A stretch of DNA of 64,000 nucleotides. Source: Phoronis australis (taxonomy: Eukaryota > Animalia > Phoronida). Shown here in pieces: positions 38,801 to 51,472 of the stretch; positions within the stretch are counted from its first letter, which is position 1; every line of letters begins with the position of its first letter. The DNA lies in contig NMRA01000270.1 of assembly GCA_002633005.1 (NCBI GenBank), forward strand, positions 78,617 to 142,616, read 5' to 3'. The notes beneath the pieces are model-generated. The model was not told the DNA's origin, did not search any database, and worked only from the letters and a program-made list of their open reading frames with translations. The translations under genes and the position numbers were made by a program.

Positions 38801-40732
38801 AAAGTCCCCAAAGATGACAGCAAACAGCACACCAACTCGAAACTGATACAGTTGCCACAACTGAAAGCGTGTCTTTACTGTTTTGAAATCATTTCAGTGC
38901 AATCAATTTCAGGTAGACAGTAGCCTGACAGTGGGTGCCTAATTGTTGAGCATGGGCACTTAGCTGAGCAGTGGGCGCTTAACCTGAAAATTACCAAGCA
39001 GTCATTATGTTTCAAGTTCATAATCAAGTTCCTGCGTATCATTGTTGTCATGTGATCACCTTCTAACGGGTGGTCCTTGATGTCACAATCGAGAATTTTA
39101 TGTTGATGCATGATTGTATGGTGTAGCGAGGCTTAAATGTAATGCCAGTATTTTTCACTTGTTTTTCTTACTCAGTTTGGGACAATTATTGTATCGACTG
39201 ACACCTGATGTAAGATCTGTCTGCCGCCAATTGGTAAGATTACGAATTCAGGATATTACTAAAAATATGTCGTATTCAACACCTATAAAACAAAAATTAC
39301 TGTCCAAATACATTTCATGTTCAGATCACGTTTTTAAAGTATTGTCAATTAAAACAATGCTTTGCACTGACCGAAGGGGCAAGATTCAAATACTGTGAGT
39401 GCACAAACAAGTTCTTGTGCTTGTCTGTAGTTGAGTCACAAACAATAACTTGTTTTGCATTGATTACAAAAGAAATCTAGTTTGCATGCCTCGTTATCTC
39501 ATATAACATAGTTTGAGACAACTTGAGGAAACTATTAGACAGCGTTGTTGAGACAACTTGACGAAACTGTTAAACAGCTTTGGGCAAAAAACTCAAAATT
39601 ATCGGCTCTTTTACGCTCCGTAATGCTAACAAGTCAATTTCGAAATTGTTCATGCCTGAAACTAAGGGAATGACACTCAACTAAATCCATCTTATGAGCT
39701 GTGCCTTGTCTGGAGCTATTCTTGCAATCAAAGGCAAGTTGTCAGGTTATGTAGTTATAATAGTTGCCCACTTTATACACAACATTCTTGTGTAGTTCCA
39801 ACATCTGCTTTAATATCCTACTAATTCACAAGTGGACCCGGTATGTCACATTTAGGGAATTTAAAAAAATTTCAAAAGAAAAACGTTGATGTATGCCACA
39901 GAAATGTCATGCCAGTGATATTTTTGCTGTGTGTGGAAGGGAACGGGTTCCCTGCCCCCTGACACTTAAAGACATTTACGTAACTTCGTTTTCCACAGTC
40001 AAGTGGATTGTTGATCTGAAGGCTTACAACTCCATCATATGGGCAACGAAGATTTTCATTCTGCAAGTACTCATGGTTTCCTTGCCCAACAAGCAAGTTA
40101 CAGAGCAATAGCATCATTTTTATGGCTGAAAAATGCATTCTGGGATTGATCCTCAATGGGATAGACTTTGAAGTTATTACGTAGCTTTGACCAGTGTGAT
40201 TTGTGATTTTATTACAAATCCCTAATTCTCGCTGTTGTCTGCCAGACATTCGTTGAAATCAAGGCAGGTGACTTTACTACATAGATATCTATGTACTGGC
40301 ATATGCGAAATGGAGAATCTTGACCAAGCACCTTGACCAACATTCAGCTGCAGCTGACATCACACTGACGGTGTAAAATTAGTCACAGGTCACGAGAGTT
40401 CATGAACCAGAAAGTGTATGTCCCTGATGAGTGGCATATTTGTGTGGAAAATAAATCTTTGTGTCCGACATTGAATCAACTCTATGTTTAAAATCCCTTT
40501 TGTAATAATTATTTGTAACAAATATATTAGATGAAAGCGTTCAGAAAATCTACGCTGTTGAGGTTACTCGACCTAAATGCACGGGGTACAATATATATTC
40601 AATGAATGCGACCATGGTGACCAGGCGACACATAAGTCGGTCAAATAAACCAGTTTTTTCTCTTCAATCGTCTAGTTTTTCAGCAAACTCATTGGTCAGT
40701 ACTTGTAACATTCACCAGATAAATTTCACGTA

Positions 40733-43122
40733 CCGTAAATGTTCGGTTAATGCCCATGCTCAGTTAACCGCCCACCCCCTACTTTAGATGCACTTTCAAT
40801 TTAACCGCCCACTGCTCGGTTAACAGCCCCACTGCGATTTTTCAAGATTTCCAGTTCAGCACCCACCTCTCGCTCGGTTAAGCGTCCATCCCCAACTTTT
40901 TAAGATTGAAGATTTAGCGCCCAGTGTTAGGAAATGTGTGATTCCCAACTTTTAGATACAGATGATGATCACAATGAGCGCAACGACGATGGCCTCCGGA
41001 TGGCGGTTTGGCAATGTGAATTACAATACAAGTATTGTCCCGGGTCATGGACTAACTTCAAAATACAATACTTGAAAGTTTTTGTCATTTTATTTTCTTC
41101 CCATGTTTGCAAAGTTTAAGAACCCCACCGGCGTCAATACCTCCGCTTTCATCAACGCTGTCTGCCGCGCTGAGATTCTGTCTGCAGTGCACTAGATAAA
41201 ATACATATTTGAAATAATGGGGCCAGAGAAATGTGACAATGGTTTTGTCAACCCTTCAAATTCTCTTTAGGTGGAAAGCTCTCCTATTTTGAAGAATTAA
41301 TTCCCATAACTCACGGAAAGATGTCAAATTCTCCCTATTTTGATGAAATTCAATATGTTATTCCCAGGTTATCGAGGATGTGTGGCGACCAAAGGGACAG
41401 TGTGCCTCACTGGAGTTACCGATTTGCTGACTCTCGATTTCTGAGTTCAAAGGTTGGCAATACATTACTGTAAGTTAGTGTATTATCTTGAAGTAATAAC
41501 AAAATTCTAGTAAAATTTTGTTTTTCGCTTATTGCATCTCGGTCAAACTGGCGCTAGCAGATTTAACTAATGTCGCTGGTGGTTCATTACCACGATTTCT
41601 TGCGTCAACCCCCGTCTGACTGTGTGAATTATCGCTTCCAATTCCCTTTTTAGCCATCCAGTATAATGTTGTTTGTACATTGGCCAGTTTCAGCCTGAAC
41701 AAAATTCTTACCATTCGAGCCTGAAATATCTACGACTTGGACTGAAAATTGGAGACAGTTGGTACGAGGTGCACGCAGCTAGATACGGGCATGACACACT
41801 CGGGCCTAGGGAACATCGAGCAGGAAAATATAGGAATAGACTTGACATCGCAATTTTGGGGGATATTGGAAAGGAGGAATATCGTAAAGCACTTGGTATT
41901 TCCTAACAACAGCTTAAAAGTACAGCGTCACGCCAGTTTCTTTTACTTAGGACTGTCGCTATTCTCTTTTGATGTGACTTTGTAGTGGTGCATGCGCGTA
42001 AGTTCCCACACTGAGTGCATGTTACCTTGACACCAACACGTGATTGACAGGTTACTCATACGTAGGACCTACGTGCGTGATGAATCCCGCCACTATCGAT
42101 TTTGGCCATTAAAAACGACACGCATATTGAAAGAACCCATATTACTAACGGCCTTTCCAAGTCAAGATTGCCTGCCAGGACATTGCGCGCAAACAGCGGG
42201 ACCAACCAGTGCCGCAGTGCGATAGTGTAGGTGATATAATAGTAGCCTACATAACCTGGACATCTTGCATGTAAAATTTCCACCACAAATTTGGGTAAGG
42301 TGGTTGTTTAAGAATTAACTGAAACATCGCTGTTTTGTGATGTTTTATCACATATTTATGCCGTGGTTCGAAATTTTCTTGATTGACGACTGGCTCGTGT
42401 CCACTAACCCCCCCCCAATTCTTGTCATACTTTTTGCCGGGCATATATCGCGCAACGGGAAGTTAAAATGTTATTGAGTCACGAAGTGTTGACTATAAAC
42501 ATACCTAACACAAAAAACACCTGAATTAGTTTTTCAAACTTTATTACAACTAATTTTAAAACTGCTCTCTGACTCAGAACTTGACAGCTACCTCGGAACT
42601 GTAACCTTGATGTCAGCTGAGACCTCTGCGACACGTGAAGCTTGCACGTGCGCACTTTTGCGGTGTCACGGCTAGCAATCCAAGTGGAGCACTGCATTGT
42701 CACTGGTCGTCTGCGGACTACAGTTCTAACAAACTAACAAGACCGCAGGATGACACGGGTCTATTACTCAGCAATTTTGTAAATTTAATGGTGAATGACT
42801 AATCTGAGGGCAGAGAACCTTTGTTGGGATCATCCACTGTTATGAAGTTTTTACCGTCATTTGGCAACGTGACGATAAAGCTCTTAGAAAAGTGCTACGC
42901 GTTCCCAAGTACGTGTGTCATGTGGGTACTTAAATCACAAGGTAAGGTTAACCGCCCAGGGCGGTTGCCTGTCGTAATAAGCGCCCATGTTCGGTTAACA
43001 ACCGCCCACCCTGGATTTCTTGCAATTTCACGTTTAAGTGCCCATGTCTGGTTAACCGCCCACCCCCGATTTTTTGGGTTCGCCAATTTAACCGCCCAGG
43101 GCGTTAACCCAATCGTTTACGG
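40733..43122. mobile_element. ~2.4-kb Tc1/mariner-superfamily (Tc2/pogo-like) element with no recognisable transposase
   Basis: TA|CCGTAAATGTTCGGTTAATGCCC...GGGCGTTAACCCAATCGTTTACGG|TA. Multiple ttaaccgccca subterminal repeats at both ends and a CpG-richer interior. The two ends could instead belong to separate insertions. Confidence 0.72.
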
Positions 43123-43744
43123 TAATAAATTATTTCACCATGCTGTAAATCGTAATTCAAACGACATTTAAGTCTTAGTTGGAGTTCGGGAAAACACATT
43201 TGACTCCAGGTGAATTAGGATAATTAAAGTTAATCCTTTATGTCAAAAATGCATAAAGAGCTTTGACAACTTACGCTGTTACACAATTTCCCGCGTTGTT
43301 GAGATTAAATATGTCGGGCCATTTTTCGGTGAGAAGTTTGTGCCTATACCTAGCTGTGTTATTCAGCTTTTTAGTTAGGCAGTGAGGTGTAATTCATATT
43401 CCAATTTGTAGCCTACAATGTCGCAAACTTTTGAGGAGCATGAACCTCTCGACTTTGCCACCACACCAGCTTTTAAAGCGGCTATAAACCGATCCCACTT
43501 TCCGTCCGAGATTTTGGCAACTCACCAACCATAATTTTTAATTAGGTTGTAATCCAACCACCCATAATTTTAAATTATTCGTGAATTATACATGATGCAT
43601 ATGTCAAGTTTTATTCTTTTTAGATATTTTCGGTCTTCAGTGTTTCATTAGCCAACAACGGTCCATCAGACACCACAACGGCAGCTAATTGGGTTTTCCT
43701 CGAAGTGGCTGTAATATTTTATGTAGGCCCACTATCAACACTAG

Positions 43745-44250
43745 AGGCCCTTTCATACTGACTTAACTCCGGTCAGAGAGGAGCGTCGAGATAAACAGCG
43801 CAGTTAACTGGACCGTTCATACTGGCTTTGGTAGTTAATGAACATCGAAGTAAAAGGTTGGTGACGCTGACGTCATCGAAGTTATCACAAGGTAGCGCTG
43901 CACGCTAAGATTTTTTTCAATGAGACAATTTGAGAACCTTTACATGTGCTAAATGACATTAAAATTATTTTTAAATCGTTTAGTTGTTGTTAGAGCAAAA
44001 TATAAGCAGCTATTAGTGACAAAACTACCCTGTAACTGTTGACGATAACAGTGGCACCTGGCAATAACTTCGATTGGACCGAAGTTAAGCGTTCATACTG
44101 CACCGCAGCGTCGACGCTGCGCTTTTAATCCATCTGTTAACTGCGATGTTGACTGGAGCTGTTAACTGCAATCAAGGACCGGAGTTAAGCCTTCATACTG
44201 ACAGCAACTCCCCAAACCATTGTCGCCTCGAAGTTAGTATGAAAGGCCCT
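43745..44250. mobile_element. PIF/Harbinger-like MITE, family B copy 2
   Basis: TIR AGGCCCTTTCATACTGAC / GTTAGTATGAAAGGCCCT, with internal gttaac repeats. Confidence 0.85.
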
Positions 44251-45199
44251 TTAAAAAGAGACTACTTTCAATATATGTAATAAATAGTATCTATTTAACT
44301 ATCTGAACACAGCTACTAGCATGCACTATAAACATGTTGGTAGCCATGATTAACCACAGCTGACAATATAAACAAAAAGTAAAGCACTGAGCTCATCATG
44401 TTACAACGGTGGTGTGACTTCAGCAGCTGTAGAATGTAGGTTAAGGTGCTTGGTCAAGATTCTCCATTCTGCCTGGCGCAGAATTCTCCATTCTGCCTGG
44501 CGCATAGGGAGTATGATTTAGTTCAACCAGCAAAGTGCTTGGCTGCAACACTCGAGTTTCAGGAGCTGTCCCATTCTGGGACTGGTCTCAGGAAAAGATT
44601 TTTCTTGTAGATGTCACTTTAACAAAAAAGTAAGTGTAGAGCCCTACATTTACCAACCATTGTCAGTAATCTTTCATGATGAAACCAGCTTTGATAAAGA
44701 GGATGCCAGTAACAGAAACGACACCTAATAAGAAACAATAATTTTTAAACTCAATTTTTGTCTACGATGAACATTAGGCTTAAAAAGGAATGGTATCTGC
44801 ACTACTGAACTTATAAAAAGGAACTAAATCTGTTTCAGCCATACGAATCATCACATTCACAACTATATCACACCGAGCCGGCTTGTCAGCCATCATGTGC
44901 TTGAACCACTTTTGATAACTCCAAAGAAATTTGCTAAAATGCCAGGTGTTACTAAGAACTTTGACTTAAAGATTACAAGTATGACAGCCTGGACGCCATG
45001 TCTAGGATGTTTTGAGGCGAGATTGTTGCTTTAATCCTCACAAAGTTATCCAGGAGTACACGTCACCACTTTTGGCTGAACTCCTCAAAACACTCATAGC
45101 CTTCCTTGCAGGAATTGTTGCTACAGTACTTTTTCACTGATTTAGCACAAAATATGGCCAACACGTGAAATTTCGGTAAAAAACAAGAACAATACTTAC

Positions 45200-45480
45200 T
45201 AGGAGACACTTGATAAGAAGAGCACGACGTTTCAAGACTAACTCAGGCCCTTGATCACACGGCTGTAACACCTGATCCCAAGTAGGAGGAAGTTGCAGAC
45301 TCCCTGGTCATGGTTGAGTGGGGGGTTGCACTAAATGTTGTACTTTGTCTCTTTGATATTATGGTCTTATGGAGTGCCAATGTTTCTTTCTGGATAAAGG
45401 TGTATTATCCATATTGATGGTGTGGCCAGATGAAACTAAGTGGTCACCAATAGCAGAAGGTTTGGTCAGTGAAATCCAAT
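45200..45480 (-). mobile_element. Penelope-like retroelement 3' remnant (GIY-YIG endonuclease C-terminus, pseudogenised)
   Basis: Minus-strand translation across frameshifts gives KPSAIGDHLVSSGHTINMDN...IKE.....NPPLNHDQG..LPPTWDQVL. This matches the PLE pattern SA..EH....GH.I...N / KEAI.I....P.LNRD.G..LP..W, and a hammerhead-like motif follows. Confidence 0.75.
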
Positions 45481-45984
45481 TTTGTTAAAATGTCTCCACA
45501 AAAGTAAAGATCAAGAACAGTTAGTCTATTGCAAGCATGTTTTGCAGTGCGCAAATGTCTCTCCAATCAACATTTTATAAAGTTCTCCTTTGCAAAAATG
45601 TGATCAACCACTGAAAAATGGAAAACGACCCTTTTGGCAATTATGATTGTGCAAAATAAATGGAGAATTGCCCTAAACTTGATGTTTCTAGTCCTAGGAG
45701 CAGAAGAAAACTTGAGATATCATCACGCAACTGACCACCAGTCAAGAGATACATGAACTTGATTTTTCACACCATCACAACAACGACATAAAGTGCCAAG
45801 ACATGGACACTTTTTCATGTTAAAACGCTGTATTACGGCTACCAGCTAATGGCCATATGCTAGAATGCCTTTGAAAAATCAAAAAGCAGTAATTTTGGCA
45901 ATAATTCTTGCCTAACACTGCTAAGATTTTACCATAATACATGAGGAAGTGAGTTTCAGTAGACATTAATTCAAAGTTACTTCA

Positions 45985-46331
45985 ACTGAAACTTGCATGC
46001 TAATTCCTTATCTCTATGATTGCTTACGCTTGGTCAAATGAGAACCACAACACATATAACAATGATGTGAATAAGAAGTACATTAAACTTTGTGTCGAAA
46101 ATGATCTACCGTATATCACTCAACCATAAGTAAGAATCGTGACATGGTGTAGGGGAATAACGCTGCATGATGCGGCCTGTGACCCCCAAAGGCACGTCAT
46201 TAGTGTAAAGTTAACACATTGTCAATGAATACAACTGCATTTTGTTTAGCGTAGATGATGTTCAAATAGCATAGTCGTTTAGTTCCTGTTAAACATTAGC
46301 ACAGTTAGGAGAACTGCAAATACATCTTTAA
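45985..46331. mobile_element. Second copy of the Kolobok-like element
   Basis: Shares aacttgca.gctaattcctta, ttgtcaatgaataca and tttgtttagc.tagatgatgttcaaata with 10836-11232, and ends tgcaaatacatctttaa. Confidence 0.7.
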
Positions 46332-49300
46332 TCTAGTGCGCAACACAGGACAAAAGATTGAAAGATGCAAAACTATGTTGGCATTTTCCAAGATCAGAAT
46401 AACAACAAGTATCATTTTATTGTGCTTTTTTCAAAAGAAACCATGAACGTACCAAAAACTTTGTAGTTATGACTCATGCTCCCGCAACCAATCACCTACT
46501 TTCAAAAATCTTCCTAATACAGTCATTAAGCTCTGAGCTTCAAACACACTGTACCCTCTAGTTTTAAGAATGTTCAATTAGAACGAACGCCCATTGATCG
46601 GACGTACCAGAGAAATTCTCAAGGTTGAGACACTGAAAAATTAATTATTTTCAACAGAGGTTGTACCAAATTTTAGAAATAGGCAACATTTGCTGTGCCA
46701 AATTCAAGAACAGTGATGGATGAGAACGATTATTCAGCTCTACGTAACAGATCATGAGAAGCATGAAAGTGTTGCAATGACAGCTATTTTCCCAAATTTT
46801 GTTAACTACCAAATCATATTTTCAAATTCTGCTGATAAAAATGCAGTTTGTCTATTATGAACAATGCCAAAATTGCCCTTGTCCCAGTCTTCCGAATCAA
46901 GAAAATTCCAATTAGGTTTGAATTTCAATGTCCCAAATTTTAGAGACTGCCTCAAACTCCAGAACTTTTACAGTAACAGCCCACACATAACTTGGAATAG
47001 GTAACACAAATTTAATATGGTTTTTTATTCAAATTGGTCTGTGAAGGCACTCACTTCTGCAAAATGTCAGCCGAAAAGTTGTTCAATGTTATTAAGAATA
47101 TGATTTGCTAAACCGTTCAAAGTGTCAGGGCTATTCAAAGTAGGCACTTGGAACTTGGTAGACAAATTGCCTCACTTTCCCTGCAGGCCAACTAAATGGA
47201 TAAGTACAAGTACCGTAGTCCTGTATCCCACCACTAGAGAGCAGTCCACCACCACTTCAATTTAATGAACCAGGAATGATTTTAGAAAAAACCTGTGCGT
47301 CAATCAAACCTATGGGTCAATTACAAGGACCCATGGATCACGTTAATATGCTGTCCTTTGACAAATCGTTTTTTTAGGGGGGAAGGGGCATATTCAAGAC
47401 GAAGTGTGATTTGCCAACTATCGTAATTATGGACTAGTGATTGGTCCAAACCACTGAGCAAGTGCATCTAAGTTTTGTCAGACACATACATCTACAACTG
47501 GATCTGTATGATGCAAGTCCCCATTTTACTAACACAGTTGATCAACTCCTAAGGCACTGTCCTAAACCTTTCGAAATCCTAACTCAAGCATTGCATACTA
47601 ATTTCAAGATAAAATAAGGTCACCTTTAATGTGCTTTCCCCAAGATAAGCAGTCACCCAGATAAGCAATAGCAAGGTGTCAATGAAAGTTTTAATATGGC
47701 AATGACATGGGGTGCAATCCTAAACTGATCTGTAAATGGATAACAACTAAGCATACCAGAATGTGTTGGTATATAGCATCCCAATTTGATCAAAAAACTG
47801 CACCAGTTGTCCCTTGCCAGAAAACTTCCGTGGTTGGGTCATGTTTTGACGATGAAAACAGAGAAAGCTAAACACCAGAGGCTGGCTCCTTCCAAAGCCT
47901 CGAGTAACACATTAACTCTGCTGACAGTCAGAAGATTTCAACTTGTCTACAGCAGATATTGATAATCTAAAGCTAAGTTGCCTTGACTTTTTTCCAGTTC
48001 CTGTCAAACCTTATCAATACACAACAGATTCAACAGAGGTTCAGACAGTAGTTGGGGCTGGTGTGATACATACAAAATATACTGGTCTCAGGTGGTATGA
48101 AATCCTCAGGAAATGTTTAGAATCGTATTTTGAAAGCACACTTTTAGAATGCCTCGTATTAAATAAAAATTAAATTAATTAAATTTAAATCCAGGTTAAT
48201 AAGGTTGGTTTAATACAAAACACAACCCTTTCACTCCTCCAAAACAATGTCATCAGAATGCTTCAATGTCATTTGAAGAGATATTGTACATTGATGAATT
48301 ACATCAAAACTAAACAATAATTACTTTCATAGCTACAACAAAATCTCACTATTGCGAAATGTACAGCGGAAAAAGACATTTTAATCAAAATCAATGTTGT
48401 ACGGTTTGTACAGATGAAAAATTGTGTACATTAAAGGAAACGGCACATGCATCAACTTATTTCAAAGAACGGCCTCTACAAGAGCTACTCACATGCACTC
48501 CAAAAATCTATAGTGGATCAAAAGAATGCTGGATCAGTAAACAGTCTTTGTGTGTGTGTATCAACCAAACTGCCATGATGGGGAAAATGAGTGCTGTTGG
48601 CAATTGTCCCAGGGCAAGCTCCTTTTCTGCTATTGAAAGATAGCATGATATCAGCGGGGAAGCCTAAATGACAGCCACTTACTGCCAGACACTAAGGTGG
48701 AAAGGTGGTACACCATAAAATAATTAAGATTAAACTATATGTATAAACACAGTAATTCTTCGCCTATTTAGTGCACTGCAGACAAGGGTTATATATTGTA
48801 AAATTTCTCAACAAAAATAGCAGCGTAACTAATTACTAGTACCATCCTCTGCATTGTGCAGATGACACTACCTGCCAAAAATTACATATTATATGAACAG
48901 GGCCAAGTCGCTTTACGGCATGTTGTTCTAGGGTAACTGTGAGTGGAGATAACACAATGGATTTCAGTCAAAACATCAACTTGACCTTGCAGTAAACAGG
49001 TGGATTGAACCAGCAAGCACCAGGTGCTTTATGAGGTGTGAACAAACTTTGGTGTCATCACAGCTATCAGTGGACGCAATCAATATGAATTTTCATTTGA
49101 TATTTTATTCAACTATTCATCATTCTACTGTTGATATTTCTACTATCATAAACACTTAATTTTACTTGTTAAAAATATTTTCAGGATTCTCCCTTTTCAA
49201 AAACCACCTAATTGCATACTGTTATTGAAGTGCCATCTCGTGATAATTTTGATGTCCTGAGTACCAACTAGCGATAACTTTCAAAAACATGAACTACCAA

Positions 49301-50705
49301 AGCCGGTCTCAACAAACTTTGCATTTTATGTCAATGCTACCTGCTCTTGCACCAGTCAAGTTCGTCTATAAGGACATATAGAGCTAATTACTGTAGCATA
49401 GCTACGGTAATCACCAGGGCAGATAACAAAGATAACACCCATCCCACCTCCTTCACTCCCGCAGTCGCCATGACTAAAAAGGTGCTGCATGGTCGCCCAA
49501 ATAGCAAGTGAATTTTCAGAGCGGCTGCACTCCTTATCGTTTTTCTGAGTGGACTCTCTGTGGTGCTTTTACCTAGACTTTAGCATCATGGCAAAAACGT
49601 TAAGCATGTCTCTGAAGAAATTGTTTCAGTTATTTTCAAAATGGCAAAGACGTGGAAACTTAATTTCGAGCCACACTTACTGTTGCGGCTGAAAAGGTGA
49701 TATCACACTCTGGAAAGCAGGTTCTCAAGACCATATTCTGCCATAAGCTTTCATTCTGTGCCACAAGTTTGTTTTTCAAATGAATCTCTTTCTCGTTGCA
49801 GCTTTAAAAAAACATGTGTTAACTCAGTTCCAAAGTTTCAGACATGCAGGCAAGATGAAGTCACATGATTGACTTATTTCCCAAAATAAGGCACATGTCG
49901 ATTAACTCCCTAAGTCGTACAGCAATGCAAAAGCTAATAGGCTAACAATGCCTTAGTTAAATAACTAAGGGACCGCGGACATCCTACACTCCCTACATAT
50001 ACTTACTATGTTTCGAGCGGAAATTTTTAATGTAAAAAATATCGGCACGGCATATTTTCTATGGATTGCCTCGACGCATTGTGAATACAATTGCGACAGC
50101 ATCAGCGTTTGAAGCTCAGCAGCGTACACGACTTCCTAGCCATGTCTCTCAAAGAGTATCAACATATACACTGTGCTCACCCTCAGCCAGTGTTTCCAGA
50201 GACCTCTATAAATTTTAGAATTTAGGTCAGTGTGTGGAACAAAGGTCATGGTCAATGTCGTGTCTGCTTTGCAAGAAATGTCTAGGCTTGTGAAACGCAC
50301 ATTCTCTTGGTAGAGATAGATGGGAATTCTCACATTTATAAGACTTGCTGAATAGCTGTTGACAATTTTTGATCAACAGTTGACATCAAGTGTGTCGGCT
50401 GTTCCAACACAAAATGGAGCTAATTGACTCAAGTTTTTATTCCTGAAAAAACACATAATTAAAAAAACTGTGTGACCTATCTTTGCAATGGAGGACTTGA
50501 TTTTCCAACTCATTTGCATAGATGGCGACCCTGCTCACCACCAATTTCACACAGTTGTTAGTGCTTCATACTATCCTGCACCCAATAGCCGAGTCTCCTG
50601 CCAAATGTAACAAAAGGTTAGGTTCCTCTATGACACTGTGGGAATCCTTTTACGAAGTTCTACTTGGACCCCTGAAGAACTACTTTTGCCACTTGTCCAT
50701 TGTTT

Positions 50706-50803
50706 TGTGTTCTCCCGAGGACACCATATGACACAAACTAAAGCTACTTTATGTGTTCTCCCGAGGACACCATATGACACAAACTAAAGCTACGGTACTT
50801 TAT
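50706..50803. repeat. Local tandem duplication (~46 bp, tgtgttctcccgaggacaccatatgacacaaactaaagctac)
   Basis: Two adjacent identical copies. Confidence 0.9.
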
Positions 50804-51134
50804 GTATCATTTGACAAGACTACCTTTCAGTGATTGAACACCACAGCTCCCAAATCAGTATTGCTAGGATGGTCTGCTTGCCCAATGAATCTAAAATAAG
50901 AAAATCTGTTCAAGCAAGCCTTTAAAAATTCTTGAACTCTATGTAACATTGACCAGACCACAAATTCTGTACTGACTAACACATGTTTATGGATGGGTAT
51001 AGTAAACATTTCTCCACCCAGATGTTCCACTTGACAGTAAATGCTGTTTTGGCCATCAGTCAAATTTTTCAACCTTTGAGAAAACTAGCAACCCTGACAT
51101 AGCCCGTCATATACAGGTTTGAAAATCAGTCTAA

Positions 51135-51472
51135 AGCGGCATTTGCACACGAGACAGTTGTCACGGAGCAAGTGTGTGTAAAAACGACTGACACGGAGAA
51201 AGCTGACACCGCAGCGGCCATTTTCGACACCGCTTTGAGAGGTAGACGAAGTTGCACTCAATCAAATGCTCCAGTTACAATTACACATTTAAACACAAAC
51301 AACAGAGAAGGGATCATCTGTTATGCTTGCGTAATACCATAGATACGAGTGATTTGCTAGCATTCCACTGATTTGGATGTTGGCTATTGTTTATGCAAGC
51401 ATGTGCAGATAGTCATCGAGTAAATGACTCACACTGATCCAGTTTGTGATCTAATGTCGTGTAAATTCGTCT
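51135..51472. mobile_element. Diverged relative of Harbinger-like family A
   Basis: Shares gactgacacggag, ctgacac, ggatcatct and cactgatc blocks in the same order, and is preceded by TAA. Confidence 0.55.
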
